Shown in pieces: positions 59,065-64,000 of a stretch of DNA of 64,000 nucleotides. Origin of the DNA: Flavobacteriales bacterium (GTDB lineage: Bacteria; Bacteroidota; Bacteroidia; Palsa-965). The DNA is taken from positions 128,001 through 192,000 of the forward strand of contig JBEIPA010000003.1 in NCBI GenBank assembly GCA_040377305.1. The letters run 5' to 3'. The translations under genes were made by a program, and so were the position numbers. The notes below the pieces were generated by a model. It worked only from the letters and a program-made list of their open reading frames with translations, was not told where the DNA came from and did not search any database. How positions within the stretch are numbered: position 1 is the first letter of the stretch; every line of letters starts with the position of its first letter.

Positions 59065-61536
59065 CTACTCCACCGTATTCGACTTCTTCTCCGAGATAAT
59101 TTCAAATCCCATGGAAATCGATTCACCATTTTCATCCACGCAAGTCAACGTGTGTTCGCCTTGCTCCGGATTCATCGCGAACTGATGGAAACCACTGGTT
59201 TCTCCAACGTAGTTGTTGTCGAGATGCCAGTATACTTTCATTCCTGAATTACGATGTGCAACTTCAAATACAACCTTACCCGGTTTTCCATCGAGTTCGA
59301 CCGGAATATACAGCTGTGTAGCTTCTCGCGGATACACGAACTCCATCGTATGCGCTGATTGTCCGATGCAGGATTCTTTCCACGGCGGAAGAGGATTGTA
59401 TGTTGGATTCTTCGTCTTGTAGTAATATTCCATCGCTGGCGGAAGTACAAACCAGGGAACGTGTTGCATGGTTGTTGGATCATCGCAGTTGCTGTTCACG
59501 CGAAACATTCCTGTTCTGTCGAGGTGAATGATGCGGTGATAAGGACACGAACTGGTTTTCGTTCCGGATGCAGGAACCCAAATTGTGTCCGCATCACAAA
59601 TGTCTAGTGCGCGATGTCCGCTTTCATGACACACTGCAATCTGCACCATTTCTTTCACTGGCTTCGTAAACCATGTTGTAGATGGAAGCAATGAAAAAAT
59701 ATCAAACATGATTGGCGCAGCTGTGTTGATTCCAATTAATCCCGGGCGACCTTCACCGCTTCCGTTACCTACCCAAACGGCGACCACGTATTCCGGAGTT
59801 ACACCAATTGCCCAGCCATCGCGGAAGCCGAAACTTGTTCCTGTTTTCCAGGCAACACGTCGCGAGGAAACATAAGAAGTCCATGCAGCTTCTTCACCCG
59901 GACGTTCGACTTCAACCATTGCTTCGAATGTGCAATACAAAGCCGCGGCATCAAAGATTCCGGTTTCGTTGGTGAATGCATCTTCTTCGGTGGAATCGGT
60001 CCGATGAAAATAGGTTGGAGCGTGAAAATCCTTTTTCGAATATTGACTGCTCGTGTTATAGCGATTCAATGTTCTCGACATAGACGCATAAGCTCCACTG
60101 AGATCCCACAATTTTCCTTCGGCACCACCAAGAATGAGTGATAAACCATAGTCATCCGGATTACGTGTGACGGTAGTCAGTCCAATGTTATTCAGTAAAT
60201 GGTGAAAGCGTTCAACGCGATATTGCTGCAACATTTTCACTGCGGGAACATTCAGCGAACGGGCAAGTGCGCGGTGTGCAGGAACCACTCCATCGTAATC
60301 GAGGTTGAAGTTTTCGGGATTATATCCGGAGATATCTGTCGGTACATCGGGAATCAACGTGTTCGGAAGAATTGTTCCGTCATTGAGCATTCCGCAATAG
60401 AGAAATGGTTTCAGAATGCTTCCGGTGCTTCGCGGTGCTGTTATACAATCAACATCATATCCGTGATCATCAATTGTTCCTGCAACATTATAGCCTTCTG
60501 GAACGCTTGTATTACCGACGTAGGCAAGTGCTTCACCTGTTTTCACATCGATTACAATTGCTGCTGCATTGTGAACCTGATTTTGCGCGAGTCGGTCGTG
60601 GTGACGATCAACTACCTGGTTCACGCGATCCTGCAGATTCATGTCGATGGAAGTGGTGATCACTTCTCCGGTGTGCCCTTCGCGCATCGTACGATCGAGG
60701 AGGTGAGGAGCGAGTCGTGGCAACGGATAAGGCGCGCCGGGCAACGGTTCCTGTTTCGCGAGATCGCAGGTTGACTGATCAATAGTGCCCGCAATAACAA
60801 GTTTGTCGAGTAAGCGATCGCGTTTAGCTTTCAGTTTCTCCTGATTTTTTCCTGGATAAATAAGTGATGGCGCATTCGGAAGTACAGCAAGCGTTGCCGA
60901 TTCTGCCCAGGATAATTTATCCGGAGAACGACCGAAGAATCTCCACGATGCTGCGTCAATTCCAACAACGTTGCTTCCGAAAGGAGCGTTCGAAGCATAC
61001 AACGCAAGAATTTCTTCTTTCGAGTAAGTTGCTTCCATCCGCGTTGCCATGGTTACTTCGATCAACTTCTGCCAAACTGTTCGCGGTGGATTTTTTCGCG
61101 ACATACGAATTACCTGCATCGTGATGGTACTTCCACCGGAAACTACTTCTCCACTGGAAATGTTCTGCTTCAATGCACGAAACATGGAAACCGGATTCAC
61201 TCCCGGGTGATTGTAGAAATGTTTGTCCTCAAACTGAACCAAACATTGCGCAAACTTGTATGGAACTGTTGCGCGTTCAGGAAACCTCCATTGCCCGTCG
61301 GTTGCAATTTTAGCGCCGAGTAATTTTCCGTCGCGACTGAGAATAACCGTGCTGGTTGGATCGGAAAACAACTGCGACGGAATCGAAAACCACCACACGA
61401 TCAGGAAAACAAAAAACGCAGTTGCGAACTTTCCCTTCTTCGTTTTGAAAAAGCGTTTGTACCACTCCCAGAATTTGCTGAGAATGGTTTTCGCGTGTTG
61501 TGCGAAAGAGTATAGAAAAGTGCGAAGCTTTTTCAC
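59065..61536 (-). CDS. pbpC: Penicillin-binding protein 1C
   Basis: EDKHF..HPGVNP, SGGSTITMQ, STGSILKPF, SLNVP, KTGTSFGFRD, C-terminal BiPBP domain. Confidence 0.95.
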   Translation of the reverse strand: MKKLRTFLYSFAQHAKTILSKFWEWYKRFFKTKKGKFATAFFVFLIVWWFSIPSQLFSDPTSTVILSRDGKLLGAKIATDGQWRFPERATVPYKFAQCLVQFEDKHFYNHPGVNPVSMFRALKQNISSGEVVSGGSTITMQVIRMSRKNPPRTVWQKLIEVTMATRMEATYSKEEILALYASNAPFGSNVVGIDAASWRFFGRSPDKLSWAESATLAVLPNAPSLIYPGKNQEKLKAKRDRLLDKLVIAGTIDQSTCDLAKQEPLPGAPYPLPRLAPHLLDRTMREGHTGEVITTSIDMNLQDRVNQVVDRHHDRLAQNQVHNAAAIVIDVKTGEALAYVGNTSVPEGYNVAGTIDDHGYDVDCITAPRSTGSILKPFLYCGMLNDGTILPNTLIPDVPTDISGYNPENFNLDYDGVVPAHRALARSLNVPAVKMLQQYRVERFHHLLNNIGLTTVTRNPDDYGLSLILGGAEGKLWDLSGAYASMSRTLNRYNTSSQYSKKDFHAPTYFHRTDSTEEDAFTNETGIFDAAALYCTFEAMVEVERPGEEAAWTSYVSSRRVAWKTGTSFGFRDGWAIGVTPEYVVAVWVGNGSGEGRPGLIGINTAAPIMFDIFSLLPSTTWFTKPVKEMVQIAVCHESGHRALDICDADTIWVPASGTKTSSCPYHRIIHLDRTGMFRVNSNCDDPTTMQHVPWFVLPPAMEYYYKTKNPTYNPLPPWKESCIGQSAHTMEFVYPREATQLYIPVELDGKPGKVVFEVAHRNSGMKVYWHLDNNYVGETSGFHQFAMNPEQGEHTLTCVDENGESISMGFEIISEKKSNTVE

Positions 61537-61548
61537 GGCAATCTAAAA

Positions 61549-62340
61549 TTACCAATCTAAAAGCTCAGTCGACCAACAATCGGCACTCTGGCGAAACATT
61601 CTTTCACGCCACATGAGTTCACCGGACTGATGAATCATCCAAGGTTGATGCCCTTCTTCATCACGATTGCCGGAGACTTCACCGAACATGGAATCATCGG
61701 ATCGCGTGCCGTAGTGATAGGAAATCACCTTCGTTGTGTCGTTGTATCGGAATTCAAACAAATCCGGATAGCGACAATCAACGGAAGTTACCGTGGTAAA
61801 GATCTCTTCACCACCCAAAATGGAAATCATCATGGCCATTGCGGATACACAGGTATTGCATGTGGTTACCTGACCCATGGCGAGATAGTGTGTTGAATCC
61901 ATTTGGTGGATTCCCGAGAAGTGGTAAGAAACATAAATTCCCGGCAGCAAACGTGCTCTGTAGATTGTTCGCGTGGTCAGAAATACGATCGTGATGTTGG
62001 AGCGAAATGATCCACCTGTTTTCTCGTCAATCGTGAAGGTGTGCGCACGACTATCGTCTGAAATCGTATGTGAAATTCCGGGTGTATTAATTTGTTTCGC
62101 CGGGTCGAGCTTCATGTACTGTGCATTGTTCAGCACTTCGAGAAGTATTGCGACAATCCGTTGTTGGTAGTCGTATAGCTTTTCAACGTGTTGCTGATTG
62201 TTTACGTAAGGATTCATGGTGTCGTAAACAGAAGCGTAGTACTGAAGACTATCGAGTCGGGCTTTTAATTCAACGTGTGGTTCGGAAGCGCGTAGTGAGA
62301 ATGTCAGTAGAAGGCAAGAAGTAAAGAGCAGAGCTCTCAT
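61549..62340 (-). CDS. Secreted hypothetical protein
   Basis: Signal peptide from ATG 62340; contains CNTC; no family recognised. Confidence 0.65.
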   Translation of the reverse strand: MRALLFTSCLLLTFSLRASEPHVELKARLDSLQYYASVYDTMNPYVNNQQHVEKLYDYQQRIVAILLEVLNNAQYMKLDPAKQINTPGISHTISDDSRAHTFTIDEKTGGSFRSNITIVFLTTRTIYRARLLPGIYVSYHFSGIHQMDSTHYLAMGQVTTCNTCVSAMAMMISILGGEEIFTTVTSVDCRYPDLFEFRYNDTTKVISYHYGTRSDDSMFGEVSGNRDEEGHQPWMIHQSGELMWRERMFRQSADCWSTELLDW

Positions 62341-62453
62341 GATTGTAAGATTTGGACAGGTCAAATGTATTGTGGATAAAACCCGAAAAATGAGACAACG
62401 GATAAGTGTGGCTTCTGTCTTTTCAGGTGTCGTGGTTATAGCGTAGTCGTGAT

Positions 62454-62536
62454 AGGGATTAGGGGATTAAGGGAATAAGGGATTTGGGTGATGGATGCTT
62501 TATTAATGCCTAAATCCCTTAATCCCCTAATTCCCC
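62454..62536. repeat. Micro-unit inverted repeat (8-nt unit GGGATTAR) between divergent genes
   Basis: Left agggattaggggattaagggaataagggatttggg 62454-62488; right cctaaatcccttaatcccctaattcccc 62509-62536. Confidence 0.9.
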
Positions 62537-62593
62537 AACATATTTTTTGTGGAATTCCGAATAACCCTGCATCCTATTTTCAAAACCACCATT

Positions 62594-63091
62594 ATGAAGC
62601 CCGTTGTTGCAATCAATACACCTTGTCCCGAGTCCTGGGAGAAAATGAATCCTGAAGAGCAAGGTCGTTTTTGCGATCAGTGTTGCAAAGTAGTTGTCGA
62701 CTTTACACAAATGTCGAACACGGCCATTGCATCATATCTACAGAAGCATGCTGAGCAGAAAACCTGTGGACGGTTCAATGTAGAACAGGTTGCACAGTTG
62801 CCGGCGAAGAGAATCAGGTTTTCATTCAACATTCAGAAATTCGCAGCGGCAATCCTGTTGGCATTCGGCACATTTCTGTTTGCATCTTGCGGTAGCATCA
62901 AACCAAAGGATCATGAAGTGATGGGAGACGTTGCCTATATTCCCGATACAACGATCAGGAATCAAACGCAACAGGTCGATACTATCAGGCAACAGCACGT
63001 GATGGGAAAACCGCAACCTATTTGTGTGGTTCCGGAAGACACAAATATGATTCTTGGGGAGATTCAATATATCCCGCAAGACGAGAAATAG
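62594..63091 (+). CDS. Membrane protein with Cys-rich N-terminal domain (PC.E.W..M...GRFC..C.K.V.DF...CGRF)
   Basis: Motif typical of Bacteroidota TonB/carboxypeptidase-regulatory-associated proteins; TM; MGD/MGK/LGE repeats; ATG 62594. Confidence 0.75.
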   Translation: MKPVVAINTPCPESWEKMNPEEQGRFCDQCCKVVVDFTQMSNTAIASYLQKHAEQKTCGRFNVEQVAQLPAKRIRFSFNIQKFAAAILLAFGTFLFASCGSIKPKDHEVMGDVAYIPDTTIRNQTQQVDTIRQQHVMGKPQPICVVPEDTNMILGEIQYIPQDEK

Positions 63092-63297
63092 GAACGCGGA
63101 TTTTGATGTCCATTGTTTGCTAGCGGTTCACTCGGATCACTTTGGTAGACATCAACTTTTCACAACTGATCTTATGAGATACGGTTGAGCTTATCTCATA
63201 AAATCCATTATCCTGCCCGTGAAACATACCGTGCACATCCAAAAAATACGATAGCACGCCTTGTATATAAAAATCCGCGTTCCCAAATCCGCGTTCC
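63091..63297 (+). mobile_element. ~190-bp dyad element, copy E, with tandemly duplicated right end
   Basis: ggaacgcggatttt at 63091; central hairpin 63174-63199; aaatccgcgttcc at 63271-63283 and again at 63285-63297. Confidence 0.8.
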
Positions 63298-63315
63298 AAT
63301 TCGTATTTTCACAGC

Positions 63316-63903
63316 ATGAGATTCTTATTCGTCGTGATGTTGTCCATACTAGCTGTTTCCTGCCTTACCGAAGAGCAGCAACAGCAAGCCCTGATTGCAG
63401 ATTCAATTGCTCTCGCAGAAACGAGCATTGACACTTTCATTGTTGCTAAAGGAGAGAGCATTCTTTCGAACGAGAATGAAGAAGGCGACAGCTTACGTGC
63501 AGATAACGACACCGCGATTGAAAATATTCGCATTGCGATTAACGGTTCTAACACTCCCGAAGATGAAATGACGGGAGGTTCCACTACGATCGTGAAGAAT
63601 CCGGATGTGGGTCCTTCCTTTCCAGGTGGGAGTACAGCGATGGATGCGCATATCCGGAAAAACCTCATTTATCCCGCAGTCGCTTTTCAGAACGATATCA
63701 CAGGCACCGTAAATGTACGTTTCGTCGTAGAATCCGACGGACGTATCACCGGAATCGTTGCACAAAACACGCTTGGGTTTGGTTGCGATGAATCGGCAAT
63801 TGACCTCATCAAAGGCATGCCAAAATGGTCGCCGGGGAAGAAGGGCGGAGTGGCAGTGCGATGTTCGGTTGTGCTACCCATTACATTCTCTACACCAGAG
63901 TAA
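63316..63903 (+). CDS. TonB C-terminal domain lipoprotein (energy transducer TonB family)
   Basis: Lipobox AVSC; PSFPGG, NLIYP..A, GTV.V.FVVESDG, MPKWSPGK.GG..V......PITF. Confidence 0.88.
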   Translation: MRFLFVVMLSILAVSCLTEEQQQQALIADSIALAETSIDTFIVAKGESILSNENEEGDSLRADNDTAIENIRIAINGSNTPEDEMTGGSTTIVKNPDVGPSFPGGSTAMDAHIRKNLIYPAVAFQNDITGTVNVRFVVESDGRITGIVAQNTLGFGCDESAIDLIKGMPKWSPGKKGGVAVRCSVVLPITFSTPE

Positions 63904-63906
63904 AAA

Positions 63907-63984
63907 AGTCGCAGTAGCAGTGGCAGTTGCAGTCAGTTGGACGGTAACTGAATACTGACTGCGACTGCAACTGCCACTGTGACT
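63907..63984. repeat. Micro-unit inverted repeat (6-nt unit GCAGTN)
   Basis: Left agtcgcagtagcagtggcagttgcagtcagt 63907-63937; right actgactgcgactgcaactgccactgtgact 63954-63984. Confidence 0.9.
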
Positions 63985-64000
63985 CGTGTATATCGTTAAT

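Noticed and set aside
62371-62379. DnaA box TGTGGATAA as an oriC marker
   Set aside because: Isolated single box with no cluster or DUE; compatible with chance

Overview
Chromosomal window of a Bacteroidota bacterium, judged from T9SS type-B cargo with PorP/SprF and PorE-like genes and from TAnnTTTG -7 promoter boxes. Bases 1-26 kb hold pfkA, two T9SS adhesin clusters (including a 2073-aa Ig-repeat protein and a collagen-like protein), a NlpC/P60 gene and a YfiR-TPR-HAMP/SpoIIE module. Bases 26-64 kb are mostly housekeeping genes: RluA-family synthase, a DUF58-transglutaminase-MoxR operon, hemN, dnaB, hpt, adk, obgE, ogt, a heptose kinase, an aminotransferase, methylmalonyl-CoA mutase, an FtsB-like gene, oxyR, an L,D-transpeptidase and pbpC. 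The most striking signal is non-coding. (1) A ~190-bp dyad-symmetric element (GGAACGCGGATTTT...ATGAGAT-loop-ATCTCAT...AAAATCCGCGTTCC) occurs as 4 full and 1 truncated copies, all in the same orientation. It brackets a TonB-receptor gene and a metal-binding (HMA) gene, cassette-like, between adk and obgE. (2) Many other intergenic gaps from 26 to 64 kb carry an inverted repeat whose arms are built from 3-5 tandem 6-9-nt micro-units; the units differ in sequence but share the architecture. I found no transposase, integrase, CRISPR array, tRNA or rRNA. All calls come from manual motif recognition; no searches were run.
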